This document shows positions 9,035-18,464 of a stretch of DNA of 64,000 nucleotides, piece after piece. Every line of letters begins with the position of its first letter. The stretch's first letter is position 1. Source of the stretch: Opitutia bacterium (lineage in GTDB: Bacteria; Verrucomicrobiota; Verrucomicrobiia; Opitutales; Opitutaceae); assembly GCA_947449835.1 (NCBI GenBank), contig CANFSZ010000005.1, positions 5,812 through 69,811 of the forward strand. The letters run 5' to 3'. The translations under genes and the position numbers were made by a program. The notes beneath the pieces were generated by a model. The model was not told the origin of the DNA, did no database searches, and saw only the letters and a list, made by a program, of their open reading frames with translations.

Positions 9035-9814
9035 TCAGTGGCCGAGACGCGTGTAGTCGAGGGTGGTGTGGCTAATGTGGCCTGCGGCGAGGGCCGCGCG
9101 GTCAGTGAGGGGTTCGTTGGCGGAGAGGTCTTCGCCGGCGCGGAAGATGAGGCGATGGTTACCGTCGGAGCAGGCGGGCGAATAAAGGCGCGGGATCACG
9201 ACGCGCGCGGGAATCGTGCGGTGCACGAGGGAAGTGGGGCCGCAGGGAAGCGGAAAGTTGATGTTGTGGACGACGAAGCTGTGCGGGGCGGTTGCTCCGA
9301 TGAGCGGCGCGGTGAGGCGCGCGGCGTGGGCGGCGGAGTGACGCAACGTGACGAGCAAGTCGGCGTCGGGGGTGTCGGCTGACGCTTTGAGTTGGTTGTA
9401 GGCTTCTTCGGTGAGGGCTTGGGAAAAGGCGAGGGCGGGCAAGCCGTGGAGGGCGCCTTCCCAAGCGCCGGCGATGGTGCCGCTCGCGATGATGAAACCC
9501 AGCGACGCGTTGAAGCCGATGTTGATGCCGCTGAGGACGGCGTCGATAGCGGTGGTGCGCGGGATGAGGTGGTCGAGGGCGATGTTTACGCAATCGCTCG
9601 GAGTGCCGTCGATGATCCACGTGGGGCAACCGAGACCGCGATCGGCCGCGGTGGCGTGGATCGCACGGTCGCGGGATTTGGCAGCGCCGACCCAGCTTTG
9701 TTCGGTCTTGGGCGCGGCGACGTAGGGCGCGTGGCCGGCGAGGCGGAGGGCGGCGACGAGTTCGTGGAGAAAGGGGCTGGCGATGCCGTCGTCGTTGGTG
9801 ACGAGTAAATTCAT
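9035..9814 (-). CDS. surE: 5'/3'-nucleotidase SurE
   Basis: N-terminal LLVTNDDGIASP motif. Size of 259 aa fits SurE. Confidence 0.9.
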   Translation of the reverse strand: MNLLVTNDDGIASPFLHELVAALRLAGHAPYVAAPKTEQSWVGAAKSRDRAIHATAADRGLGCPTWIIDGTPSDCVNIALDHLIPRTTAIDAVLSGINIGFNASLGFIIASGTIAGAWEGALHGLPALAFSQALTEEAYNQLKASADTPDADLLVTLRHSAAHAARLTAPLIGATAPHSFVVHNINFPLPCGPTSLVHRTIPARVVIPRLYSPACSDGNHRLIFRAGEDLSANEPLTDRAALAAGHISHTTLDYTRLGH

Positions 9815-9908
9815 GTTTGGAGTGAAACACGAAAGAGGGGAAACACACGAAAAAGGAAAGCGTGCGTTGGATAGAATCGGGCGTGCGGCAACGGAATGTT
9901 TGCGGGCA

Positions 9909-9943
9909 CAAAAAAGCCGCGACGCTTGGGGGGCGACGCGGCT
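9909..9943 (-). terminator. Rho-independent terminator after pnp
   Basis: agccgcgacgc / gcgacgcggct stem with 1 mismatch. On the minus strand it is followed by a T6 run (plus-strand aaaaaa at 9910-9915). Confidence 0.6.
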
Positions 9944-9990
9944 GGAGGGATCGAAGGGAAGCGCGGGTTTAAGCGCGTTTCCCTTGCGCG

Positions 9991-12186
9991 TTATTCAGCG
10001 GCGGGGGCGGGAGCGCCGGCGGGCTGGCCTTCGAGGTCGCGCATGGCGGCCTTGCGGCTCAGGCGGACTTTGCCGGAGCGTTCGTCGATGCCGATGCACT
10101 TCACGGTGATGGAATCGCCCATCTTGACGACGTCTTCGGTGCGGCGCACGCGCTGCTCGGAGAGTTCGCTGATGTGGCAGAGGCCTTCTTTGCCGGGGGT
10201 GCACTCGACGAAGCAACCGAAGTCCTTCACGCCGGTGACGCGGCCGGTGTAGATCTTGCCCATCTCGATGGGTTCACCGCCGCCACCGCCGGGACCGGAA
10301 CCGCCGCCGCAGAGGCTGTCGATTTCCTTGATGGCACGGGCCATCGCGTCGCCGTTGTTGGAGTAGATGAAGATCTTGCCGGAATCGTCGTCGGAGATGT
10401 CGATCTGCGCGCCGGTCGTTTCGGTGATGCGACGGATCGTCTTGCCGCCGGGCCCGATGAGCAGGCCGATCTTTTCGGGATCGATCTGGATCGTCTGGAT
10501 GCGCGGGGCGTATTGGCTGAGGCCGGCGCGGGGCGCGGGCAGGGAGGCGAGCATCGTCTTGAGAATTTCGATGCGGGCTTCGCGCGCTTGGTAGATCGCG
10601 GTCTTGGCGATTTCGAAGGGCAGGCCGTTGATCTTCAGATCGAGCTGGAAGCCGGTGATGCCCTTGGTGGTGCCGGCGACTTTGAAGTCCATGTCGCCGA
10701 AGTGGTCTTCTTCACCGAGGATGTCGGTGATCGTGGTCCACTTGGTGATGGCGCCCGCGGAATCCATCTCGGTCATGAGACCGCAGGAGATACCGGCGAC
10801 GGGAGCGATGATCGGCACGCCGGCGTCCATGAGGGCCAAGCAGCCGCCGCAGATCGAAGCCATCGAGGTCGAGCCGTTGGAGGCCATGATCTCGGAGACG
10901 ACGCGGATGCTGTAGGGGAACGCATCTTCGGGCGGGAGAATCGGAACGAGGGAGCGTTCGGCGAGGGCGCCGTGACCGATTTCGCGGCGGCCGGGGCCGA
11001 TGAAGCGACCCGCTTCACCGACGGAGAACGGCGGGAAGTTGTAGTGGAGAATGAACGACTTGGAGGTTGGGCCGCCGGTGAGGCCGTCCATTTCCTGCGC
11101 TTCCTTCGTTGGCCCGAGGGTGACGATGGCGATGTTTTGGGTGTCGCCGCGTTGGAACATGGCGGAACCGTGGACGCGGGGGAGGACGCCGACTTGGGCT
11201 TGGAGCGGGCGAAGGGACTTCGCGTCGCGGTGGTCGGAGCGGACGCCTTTGGCGAGGACGGTAGCGCGGTAGGCTTTGTATTGGAGGTCTTCGAACACGA
11301 CGTTGAGGTCGACGTCGGTGAACTTGCCTTCGCCGAGCTCAGCGAGGAGAGCGGCTTTGGCTTCTTCCTTGAGGGCTTTGACGTTGGCGGAGCGGACGTT
11401 TTTCTCGAAGCCGAAGATGGCGGCGGAAACGCGGTCAGCCGGGACGACGCGCTCGATGATGGCGCGGGCCTCAGGCGTGGCGCCGACGAGCTTGAAGACG
11501 GACTTGGTCTTACCGGCGAGAGCGGTGAGCTCTTTGATGGCCGCGATGATGGGCTGGATGGCTTCGTGGCCGAAGGCGAGGGCTTCGACGAATTTCTCTT
11601 CGGAGATCTGGTCGGCGGAACCTTCGATCATCAACATGTCCTTGGCGTTGCCGACGTAGATCAAGTCGAGCGAGCTGGAGAACATTTGCTCGATGGTCGG
11701 GTTGGCGACGAACTTGTCGTCGATCATGGCGACGCGCACGCAGCCGATGGGCCCATTCCAGGGGATGTCGGAGATGGCGAGGGCGGCGGAGGCGCCGTTG
11801 ACCATCGCGATGTCGGAGTCGTGGATCAAATCGGCGGACATGAGCTGGCCGATGATTTGGACTTCATTGAGGAAACCCTCGGGGAAGAGGGGGCGGCAAG
11901 GACGGTCGCAGAGGCGGGAGATCAGGATCTCGCGCTCAGAAGGGCGACCTTCGCGTTTGAAATAACCACCGGGGAAGCGGCCCGCAGCGGCGTACTTGTC
12001 GCGATAGTCGACGGTGAGGGGGAAAAAATCTTGGCCGGGGCGCATGGTCTGGGCGACGCAGGCGGTGACGAAGACGTTGGTCTCGCCGACATTGACGTTG
12101 ACGGCGCCGCCCGCGAGTTGGGCGATGGAGCCGGTGGAGAAGGTCATCCCGAGGCCGGGAACGGTGACATTGTGTTTCTGATTCAT
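9991..12186 (-). CDS. pnp: Polyribonucleotide nucleotidyltransferase (PNPase)
   Basis: 731 aa. Two RNase PH domains plus KH and S1 domains ([22 protein letters not shown]; [19 protein letters not shown]). Confidence 0.97.
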   Translation of the reverse strand: MNQKHNVTVPGLGMTFSTGSIAQLAGGAVNVNVGETNVFVTACVAQTMRPGQDFFPLTVDYRDKYAAAGRFPGGYFKREGRPSEREILISRLCDRPCRPLFPEGFLNEVQIIGQLMSADLIHDSDIAMVNGASAALAISDIPWNGPIGCVRVAMIDDKFVANPTIEQMFSSSLDLIYVGNAKDMLMIEGSADQISEEKFVEALAFGHEAIQPIIAAIKELTALAGKTKSVFKLVGATPEARAIIERVVPADRVSAAIFGFEKNVRSANVKALKEEAKAALLAELGEGKFTDVDLNVVFEDLQYKAYRATVLAKGVRSDHRDAKSLRPLQAQVGVLPRVHGSAMFQRGDTQNIAIVTLGPTKEAQEMDGLTGGPTSKSFILHYNFPPFSVGEAGRFIGPGRREIGHGALAERSLVPILPPEDAFPYSIRVVSEIMASNGSTSMASICGGCLALMDAGVPIIAPVAGISCGLMTEMDSAGAITKWTTITDILGEEDHFGDMDFKVAGTTKGITGFQLDLKINGLPFEIAKTAIYQAREARIEILKTMLASLPAPRAGLSQYAPRIQTIQIDPEKIGLLIGPGGKTIRRITETTGAQIDISDDDSGKIFIYSNNGDAMARAIKEIDSLCGGGSGPGGGGGEPIEMGKIYTGRVTGVKDFGCFVECTPGKEGLCHISELSEQRVRRTEDVVKMGDSITVKCIGIDERSGKVRLSRKAAMRDLEGQPAGAPAPAAE

Positions 12187-12447
12187 AACGGATTTTCGGA
12201 CGGATGCGGCGTAGGGGCCGCGGATTTCGGATTAACTGACGGTTTTGTTTTTCGGTTAGCGGACAAGAGATGCCGGCGGCGCGCACGGGGCGCGGCGGCG
12301 GTGTCTCGGGTTTTGGGCTGCGGTCGGCGCGAAGGCCGGCCGGGCTTTGCAATCATCTCGGTCAGACTCGAGAGATTTCAGGTTGGCGCCCCGTTTGGAG
12401 CAACAATCAGAAATGTCCCTGTCTTGATTCGAGTGTCGGTAAAGACA

Positions 12448-12476
12448 ACGGGCGACCCGCGGATCGGGTCGCCCGT
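12448..12476 (-). terminator. rpsO terminator / pnp-leader hairpin
   Basis: Perfect 11-bp stem acgggcgaccc / gggtcgcccgt with loop gcggatc, 14 nt downstream of the rpsO stop. The T tract is weak (tgtcttt). Confidence 0.55.
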
Positions 12477-12489
12477 GCGATTTAAAGCG

Positions 12490-12759
12490 TTACTTGCGAA
12501 GGCTCAGCTTCGCGAGAATATCGGTGTATTTGTTCAATTCGTGCTTCTTGAGATAATCGAGAAGCTTACGACGGCGGCTCGCCATCTGGAGCAGACCACG
12601 GCGCGAGTGGAAATCCTTGCGGTGGGTGCGGAGATGCTCGGTCAAGTGATTGATCCGGGCGGTGAGCAGCGCGATCTGAACTTCGGACGAACCGGTATCG
12701 GTGTCGTGGGTTTTGAATTTAGCGATGATTTCTGGCTTAACGACGGTAGTAGTGGACAT
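12490..12759 (-). CDS. rpsO: 30S ribosomal protein S15
   Basis: 89 aa. [35 protein letters not shown] is canonical S15. Confidence 0.97.
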   Translation of the reverse strand: MSTTTVVKPEIIAKFKTHDTDTGSSEVQIALLTARINHLTEHLRTHRKDFHSRRGLLQMASRRRKLLDYLKKHELNKYTDILAKLSLRK

Positions 12760-13009
12760 GGTTTAGTGTTTGAGTTGCACGACTGTAGGGGGCCTTTGCA
12801 GGTCCCGTGCCGCCCGCCCGCACCGAGGGAAACTCGGGTTGGCCGGCGCCACCGTTTTAATCCGGCGGAATGCCGGACCGGTCATGGTGAGCGTCCACAA
12901 CCGATGGACTCTCACTAACGCAAGGTCTCAAACTCTGAAACCTCAGCTGCCCGCGCAAGCGCAAATTTGGCCTCAGTTCGATCTGCGCCAAAACGTCACT
13001 TAAGCGGCC

Positions 13010-13396
13010 TTAGCCGGCGCGGAGGTTGAGTTCCTTGATGGCGGCGCAACCGGGTAGCTTTTGGATACGCTCCACGATTTCGGCGCGGTGCATGAACAGC
13101 TCGTTGCGCACGACCGAATGGGCGACGTGCACGACTAGGCGCTTTTCGCGTTCGATGCGGACGGCGTGCGAGTAACTGGCGTTGGCGGGGCCGACGAGTT
13201 CGGGCCAATGCGCGCGGATCGTGTGTTCGGCCGAGTCGCGGCCGATTTGGTGTTGGTTGAGGATCGACTCGACGAGGCCGGCGAGCGCGAGCGTGGGGCG
13301 CTTGCGGGTTTTGCGCGGTTCATCAAACGCGACGCCGCGGAAATCGCCGACGAGTTCTTCGGCCAGTTTGCTGAACGTATGCGGCTCGTTAGCCAT
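13010..13396 (-). CDS. DUF721 domain protein
   Basis: Block IRAHWPELVGPANASYSHAVRIEREKRLVVHVAHSVVRNELFMHRAEIVERI. Start set at ATG 13396 (MANEPHTF). Overlaps the upstream GT2 stop by 8 nt. Confidence 0.65.
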   Translation of the reverse strand: MANEPHTFSKLAEELVGDFRGVAFDEPRKTRKRPTLALAGLVESILNQHQIGRDSAEHTIRAHWPELVGPANASYSHAVRIEREKRLVVHVAHSVVRNELFMHRAEIVERIQKLPGCAAIKELNLRAG

Positions 13397-14240
13397 GGTT
13401 CGTGGGCGGACTCTGCTTCTCCGCCTCGTAAAGCCGGCTGTAGCGCACGAACGCGCCAAAGGCCGTCGCCCACGCGATGTAAAAACCGGGGAAACCGTCA
13501 AGAAACCCGAGTTTGAAAACGTACGCGCGCACGAAACGCCAAAACGGCCGGACCACCGCAGCGAGCACCGAGAAACGCGAGCCGCGCGCCTGATGTTGTT
13601 GCACGAAAAGATCGGCGAAGGGGTTTATTTTCGCGACGTGGCTCGACAGCGTGGGGAACGAGTAATGATGGAGATCGCCGCGCAAGGTCGCGACGGGGCC
13701 GGTGCATTCCATTTTCTCGTGGACGAAGGCGTCGCCGCCCCAGCGCGCGCGGGCGCGGCAAATGAGGCGCAGGCTGAGATCGGGATACCAATCGCCGTGC
13801 GTGATCCAGCGGTCGATGAACCACACCTTGCGCGGGAAGCGCGCGCCGGCGAAGGCGTCGAAATCGGCGCGGGCAAAAAACGCGGTGATCGCGGCGCGGA
13901 GGGCCGGGGAAACTTCTTCGTCGGCGTCGAGGCAAAGCGCCCACGGCTGCGTCGCGAGCGCGAGCGCGGCGTTCTTGGTGTCGCGGAACCCTGACCACGG
14001 CAGGTGATGCACGCGGGCGCCGGCGGCGAGCGAGAGGGCCTCAGAGGCGTCGGTGGTGGCGTTGAGCACGACTACGATCTCGGCCGTCCAGCCGAGCACA
14101 CTGGCGAGGCAGCGCGGGAGATTCGCGGCCTCGTTTTTGGCCACGATGACGACGGAAAGTTGAAGCGGATCAGCCACGACGCGAGTGAGACTTAAATTTT
14201 CCCGACGAGCGAGCGCGGGATTTGATAAAGGTAGCCGCAC
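13389..14240 (-). CDS. Glycosyltransferase family 2 (WaaE/KdtX-like LPS core GT)
   Basis: LSVVIVAKNEAANLPRCLASV and the CLDADEEVSP DxD region. The GTG start at 14240 overlaps the upstream gene by 49 nt. An alternative GTG at 14177 avoids the overlap. Confidence 0.8.
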   Translation of the reverse strand: MRLPLSNPALARRENLSLTRVVADPLQLSVVIVAKNEAANLPRCLASVLGWTAEIVVVLNATTDASEALSLAAGARVHHLPWSGFRDTKNAALALATQPWALCLDADEEVSPALRAAITAFFARADFDAFAGARFPRKVWFIDRWITHGDWYPDLSLRLICRARARWGGDAFVHEKMECTGPVATLRGDLHHYSFPTLSSHVAKINPFADLFVQQHQARGSRFSVLAAVVRPFWRFVRAYVFKLGFLDGFPGFYIAWATAFGAFVRYSRLYEAEKQSPPTNHG

Positions 14241-15112
14241 GAGCGCCAGGCGCGGACGAGCGCTTTTTTGGCGTCGCCCGTACGCAAGATGAGCGCGGCC
14301 AAGAGCGCCATGATGGCGTAACCGAGGAGTTTTAGGATATTGGCGAGCCAGCGCGAAGCGAGGTAGGTCTTGCCGCCGGGCTGGCCGGCGCGGTCGATGG
14401 TGCGCGAACGCGCGGAATCAAAAGCGTGGCGCGCGGCGTAGCGAAACGTGGTGCGGCTCGCGGGCATCTGGTGGCGCACGGCGGCGCGGGGAGCGAACCA
14501 GATTTCAAGGCCGGCCGCGCGGATGCGGCGGACCATTTCGCTGTCCCCGCCGGAGAAATAATTTCCCGCCGCGCGATCAAGGGCCGTGTGAAACAGGCCG
14601 ACGCGCGCAAACACCGCCCGCGGGATGGCGAGGTTAGCGCCCATCGGGCTGTGACGAGCGGGTAGCGGGCCGGCGTCGGTGCGGAAGGCGAGGGGCGCGT
14701 GCCACTCGGCGACCCAAGGCGGTAGACCATCGGGGAAAACGGGAATGACTTCTCCGCCGACCGCGCCGATGTGCTCCGCGTTGGCCGTCGCAAAAGGCGC
14801 GAGCATCTGCGTGAGCCAATCCGGAGCGATGAGGATGTCGTCGTCGCCAAAAATAATGAGGTCACCGCGGGCTTCGCTGATGGCGCGGTTGCGCGCGTAG
14901 TCGAGGCCTTGCTGTGTTTCGAGCACGTGGCGCGGCGCGGGGACGGTGTTGGCAAACTCGGCGACGACGGCGGCAGTGTGGTCACGGGAGTTATTGTCGA
15001 TGACGAGCACTTCGAATTGGTCGCGCGGGAAATTTTGCCGCGCCAAGCCAGCGAGCGTTTGCCGGAGGAAATCGGCGCGGTTGTAAGTGCAGAGGGCGAC
15101 GGTGAGGCGCAT
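14192..15112 (-). CDS. Glycosyltransferase family 2
   Basis: MRLTVALCTYNRADFLRQTL... and FGDDDIL. Start set at the internal ATG 15112. The upstream ORF extension is Arg/Pro-rich. Confidence 0.85.
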   Translation of the reverse strand: MRLTVALCTYNRADFLRQTLAGLARQNFPRDQFEVLVIDNNSRDHTAAVVAEFANTVPAPRHVLETQQGLDYARNRAISEARGDLIIFGDDDILIAPDWLTQMLAPFATANAEHIGAVGGEVIPVFPDGLPPWVAEWHAPLAFRTDAGPLPARHSPMGANLAIPRAVFARVGLFHTALDRAAGNYFSGGDSEMVRRIRAAGLEIWFAPRAAVRHQMPASRTTFRYAARHAFDSARSRTIDRAGQPGGKTYLASRWLANILKLLGYAIMALLAALILRTGDAKKALVRAWRSCGYLYQIPRSLVGKI

Positions 15113-15117
15113 GGCGA

Positions 15118-16008
15118 TCAGGCGAAGCGTTTGAGCGCGCCCCAAACCCAGCCGCTCGGCAAGCGCGCAAACGGGATGGCGCCGAGCCGCAGCGCGCGCG
15201 CGAGCGAAGCGGGCTTTTGGGGGAAACGTGCGGCGTAGCTCAGGGCGTTGCGGTAAGTGAAAAAACGCGCGAGCCAGCGACCGAGGCGCGGGGTGGCGGG
15301 AAATTGTTCGCGAGCGATACGGAGGCGCAGGAGATGCGTTTGGCGAATCATGGTGGGCCAAGCGCGTTCCGTCCACTGGCCGTCGGCGACGCGATAAAAC
15401 GCGGCGACCGTGCGCACGACTTCGATGCGACCGGCGCAGGCGAGACGATACCAAAATTCATAGTCGGCGAGCGGCCCGGCATTTGCCGAAAAACCGCCGA
15501 GGTGCTGCGCGAGTTCACGGCGGATGAGGACGCCGGGGAAAGGCGTCATCGCACTTTTTAGAAAAAAGCGAGGTGGATAGGCGACGGCGCGAGCTTGAGC
15601 CGGCGTGGCGGGGGCGACGAGCGCGGGCGGGGTGGCGCCGGATACAGTCCGCGTGCAGATCGCGGCGAGATCGGCGCGAAGATGCGGGATGACCGAGGCG
15701 AGGTACCACGGATAGAGCGTGTCGTCCTCGTGGAGCACCATGACCCATGTGCCGCGCGCGCGGCGAATGACTTCGTTCCAATTGCGGACCGGCCCGAGCG
15801 ACGGTGAGTTGCGGTGATAAAAAAAGTTAGCCGCAGGAAAACGTGCAACGGTGGCCGCGGTTTCAGGCAAGGTGCCGTCGTCGCACACGATCACTTCGTA
15901 GGGAATGTTCGAGGTTTGGGCGGCGATGCTCGCGAGGGTTTCGGCGAGCAGCGCGGGGCGGTTGTACGCCGGAATGCCGAAGGTGATGAGCGGAGTGGCG
16001 GCGCTCAT
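15118..16008 (-). CDS. Glycosyltransferase family 2
   Basis: ITFGIPAYNRPALLAETLASI and VIVCDDG motifs. ATGA start/stop overlap with the upstream GT9 gene. Confidence 0.8.
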   Translation of the reverse strand: MSAATPLITFGIPAYNRPALLAETLASIAAQTSNIPYEVIVCDDGTLPETAATVARFPAANFFYHRNSPSLGPVRNWNEVIRRARGTWVMVLHEDDTLYPWYLASVIPHLRADLAAICTRTVSGATPPALVAPATPAQARAVAYPPRFFLKSAMTPFPGVLIRRELAQHLGGFSANAGPLADYEFWYRLACAGRIEVVRTVAAFYRVADGQWTERAWPTMIRQTHLLRLRIAREQFPATPRLGRWLARFFTYRNALSYAARFPQKPASLARALRLGAIPFARLPSGWVWGALKRFA

Positions 16009-17048
16009 CGGGCGGTGGCGAGCGCCGTGCGCACCGCAGCGAAGGTATCGGCGATAGTAATACGCCGCACGCACAGATTTTTATAGGAATCGCCGGGCGA
16101 ACAATCCGCGGGCGCGACGCAAGCGGCGGCGCAGGGTTGGCTGGCTTGGAGGATTTGGTGGTGCGGGCCGACGGGGCCCCAGATGGTGATGTTTTGTGCG
16201 CCGACGAGGGCGACGACGCGCGTGCCCACGGCGGTGGCGACGTGCATCGGGCCACTGTCGTGACAGATCATCAGGTCAAATTGGGCGGCGAGTGCGGCAA
16301 ATTGCCCAATCGGTAAAGCGCGGTCGATGACGACAAGATGCGACTTTGCTGCGGTGCGGATGGCGTCGAGGAGCGGACGTTCGGCCGGACCACCCACGAG
16401 AAAAATCTGCGCGTTGAGTTTGTCTTGGATGCGGTCACAGAGCGCGGCGAAATTTTCTGCCGGCCAGACTCGATAAGGGCTGCGGCTGCCGGGGTGCAGG
16501 AGGATTTTGCGCGTATGCGTCTGTGGTGGCCCGACGAGCGCGGTGATGGCGGCAATATCACTGGGACGCGGGACAAGACGGGCTTCGCGCGTGACGACGG
16601 GCACGCCAGCGGTTACGAGCATCGCGAGGTAGGTCTCGGTGATGTGGCTCGTGCTGTATTTTTCCGAACTGATAAACGTCGTGTGGGTGTAAAAACTTGA
16701 AAAGTGCCGGCGGAGTTTCTCGAGATGTATTGCATGGCGCTCTGGAGCGCCCGTTACCCGCGTGATGAGCGCGGTTTTATCCGTGTTATCCAGATCAAAG
16801 ACGTGCGTGAAACGCGCGCGACGCAGGGTCCGGATGAACTTTGGCCAAGCTCCGAGTTTCGTGGGTAGGGCAATGGCGCCGGTGATGTCGGGATTGAGCG
16901 CGAGGAGTGCGCTGTAGGCGGGCTCGGTGAGGACGCCGATGCGGGCTTGAGGCCAATGCAGGCGAAGATTGCGCAGGAAGGAGCCTAACAGGGCGATATC
17001 GCCGAGGTAGCGCCGGCGTATGACGAGGATGTGCGGGCTTGCCGGCAT
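16005..17048 (-). CDS. Glycosyltransferase family 9 (heptosyltransferase-like)
   Basis: ILVIRRRYLGDIALLGSFLRNLR N-terminus and C-terminal DSGPMHVA motif. Start set at the internal ATG 17048. Confidence 0.85.
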   Translation of the reverse strand: MPASPHILVIRRRYLGDIALLGSFLRNLRLHWPQARIGVLTEPAYSALLALNPDITGAIALPTKLGAWPKFIRTLRRARFTHVFDLDNTDKTALITRVTGAPERHAIHLEKLRRHFSSFYTHTTFISSEKYSTSHITETYLAMLVTAGVPVVTREARLVPRPSDIAAITALVGPPQTHTRKILLHPGSRSPYRVWPAENFAALCDRIQDKLNAQIFLVGGPAERPLLDAIRTAAKSHLVVIDRALPIGQFAALAAQFDLMICHDSGPMHVATAVGTRVVALVGAQNITIWGPVGPHHQILQASQPCAAACVAPADCSPGDSYKNLCVRRITIADTFAAVRTALATAR

Positions 17049-17103
17049 GCGTGGTGTACGAATATGACATGAATACTTTAGCGACGGATACCCCTTACTC
17101 GCA

Positions 17104-17772
17104 ATGCAATTTAACCTTCCGACTTGGTTGCCAGCGTCAGAAAACGGCAAACGTACCGATTATTACGCGCACCTGCGCGGCGAGGTCATCGAGGCGATTC
17201 CTGAGGGCTGCGCGACGATTTTGGATGTGGGCTGCGGCAAAGGCACGCTCGGGCGTTGGCTCAAAGAGCAACCGGGCGTGAAGACCGTGCACGGAGCGGA
17301 GTTATTTCCGGCGGCTGGCGAAGAGGCCCGGCGCTGGTTGGATGAAGTGGTCGTTGGAAACATCGAGCACGTCGCGCTGCCATTTCCGGTGGGCTCGGTG
17401 GATTGCGTGATCTGCGCGGATGTATTGGAGCACACGGCGGACCCCTGGGCGGTGGTCGCGAAACTTAAAACGTTGCTCAAGCCCGACGGTTGCATCGTGG
17501 CCAGTATTCCGAATGTGGGTTTTCACCGGAACATCCGCAAAATGATCCGCGGGCAATGGCGCTACGCGCAGGAAGGGTTACTGGATCGCACCCATCTGCG
17601 GTTTTTCACATTGGAAACGATCGAGGAATTATTCTCGAGCAACGGCCTGCGGATCGAGCGCGTGTTTAAGAAAGTCGACGCGGGCTGGAATGTGCGGATT
17701 TTAAACGCGCTAACTTTCGGTTATCTGAAAAACACGCTTTATTTGCACTACATCGTGCGCGTGCGTCGCTGA
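17104..17772 (+). CDS. Class I SAM-dependent methyltransferase
   Basis: ILDVGCGKGTLG motif I and CADVLEHTADP post-II motif. Divergent from the GT cluster. Confidence 0.8.
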   Translation: MQFNLPTWLPASENGKRTDYYAHLRGEVIEAIPEGCATILDVGCGKGTLGRWLKEQPGVKTVHGAELFPAAGEEARRWLDEVVVGNIEHVALPFPVGSVDCVICADVLEHTADPWAVVAKLKTLLKPDGCIVASIPNVGFHRNIRKMIRGQWRYAQEGLLDRTHLRFFTLETIEELFSSNGLRIERVFKKVDAGWNVRILNALTFGYLKNTLYLHYIVRVRR

Positions 17773-17785
17773 ACGCGCGGCAGGT

Positions 17786-18376
17786 TTAGCGTGAGGTGAG
17801 CGCGCGAGAAACAAAGGCGTGCAAGGTCGCGAGTGAGGCGGCGGGCGTGGCGTTTTCGGTGCTCAACACGAGCGACGCTTCGCCGGCGATCGGAGGCTCA
17901 AAGGCCGAATCACGACCGGTGAATGAAGCGATTTGGCCAGCGGCGGCCCGAGCGTAGAGGCCTTTCGGATCGCGCTGCGCGCACGTGGCGTACGAGGCCT
18001 CGACGTAAACTTCGATCAGGTCTGGCGCGGATATGATTTCACGGGCCATGGCCCGATGCGCGCGCAACGGCGTGATAAAGGAACAGATCGTGACGACGCC
18101 GGCGTGCGCAAAAAGTTTGGCGAGTTCGGCGGCGCGTCGGATATTTTCGGTGCGATCTTTTTCCGAGAAGCCGAGGTCGCGGTTGAGTCCCCGACGGAGG
18201 ACGTCGCCGTCCAAGATTTGCGTCACGTAGTTTTCCGCGCGCAGCTGGCGTTCGAGGGCCTCGCCCAGCGTACTCTTGCCGGCGCCGGAAAGACCGTAGA
18301 GCCAGATTACCTTGCCGGACACGCGCTGCGGCGTGTTCGTCAGCTTGGAGTTATTTTTTTGTTCAGAAAGTGACAC
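17786..18376 (-). CDS. cysC: Adenylyl-sulfate (APS) kinase
   Basis: P-loop GLSGAGKST, LDGDVLRRGLNRDLGFSEKDR and ENIRR blocks. Stand-alone gene of 196 aa. Confidence 0.9.
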   Translation of the reverse strand: MSLSEQKNNSKLTNTPQRVSGKVIWLYGLSGAGKSTLGEALERQLRAENYVTQILDGDVLRRGLNRDLGFSEKDRTENIRRAAELAKLFAHAGVVTICSFITPLRAHRAMAREIISAPDLIEVYVEASYATCAQRDPKGLYARAAAGQIASFTGRDSAFEPPIAGEASLVLSTENATPAASLATLHAFVSRALTSR

Positions 18377-18464
18377 GGAGGAGGCAGAGACAGTGAAGGG
18401 ATTGTGCGGGTGGAAAACTAAACCGGCGAGAGGGCTGAGCTTGAGCTGGTTCGACGGGGTAAGT

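Noticed and set aside
10174-12918. 914-aa plus-strand ORF, the longest ORF in this part of the window
   Set aside because: It is antisense to pnp and rpsO. The translation is Gly/Asp/Ala/Arg low-complexity sequence with no motifs. This is the typical mirror ORF of a high-GC gene. pnp on the opposite strand is unambiguous.
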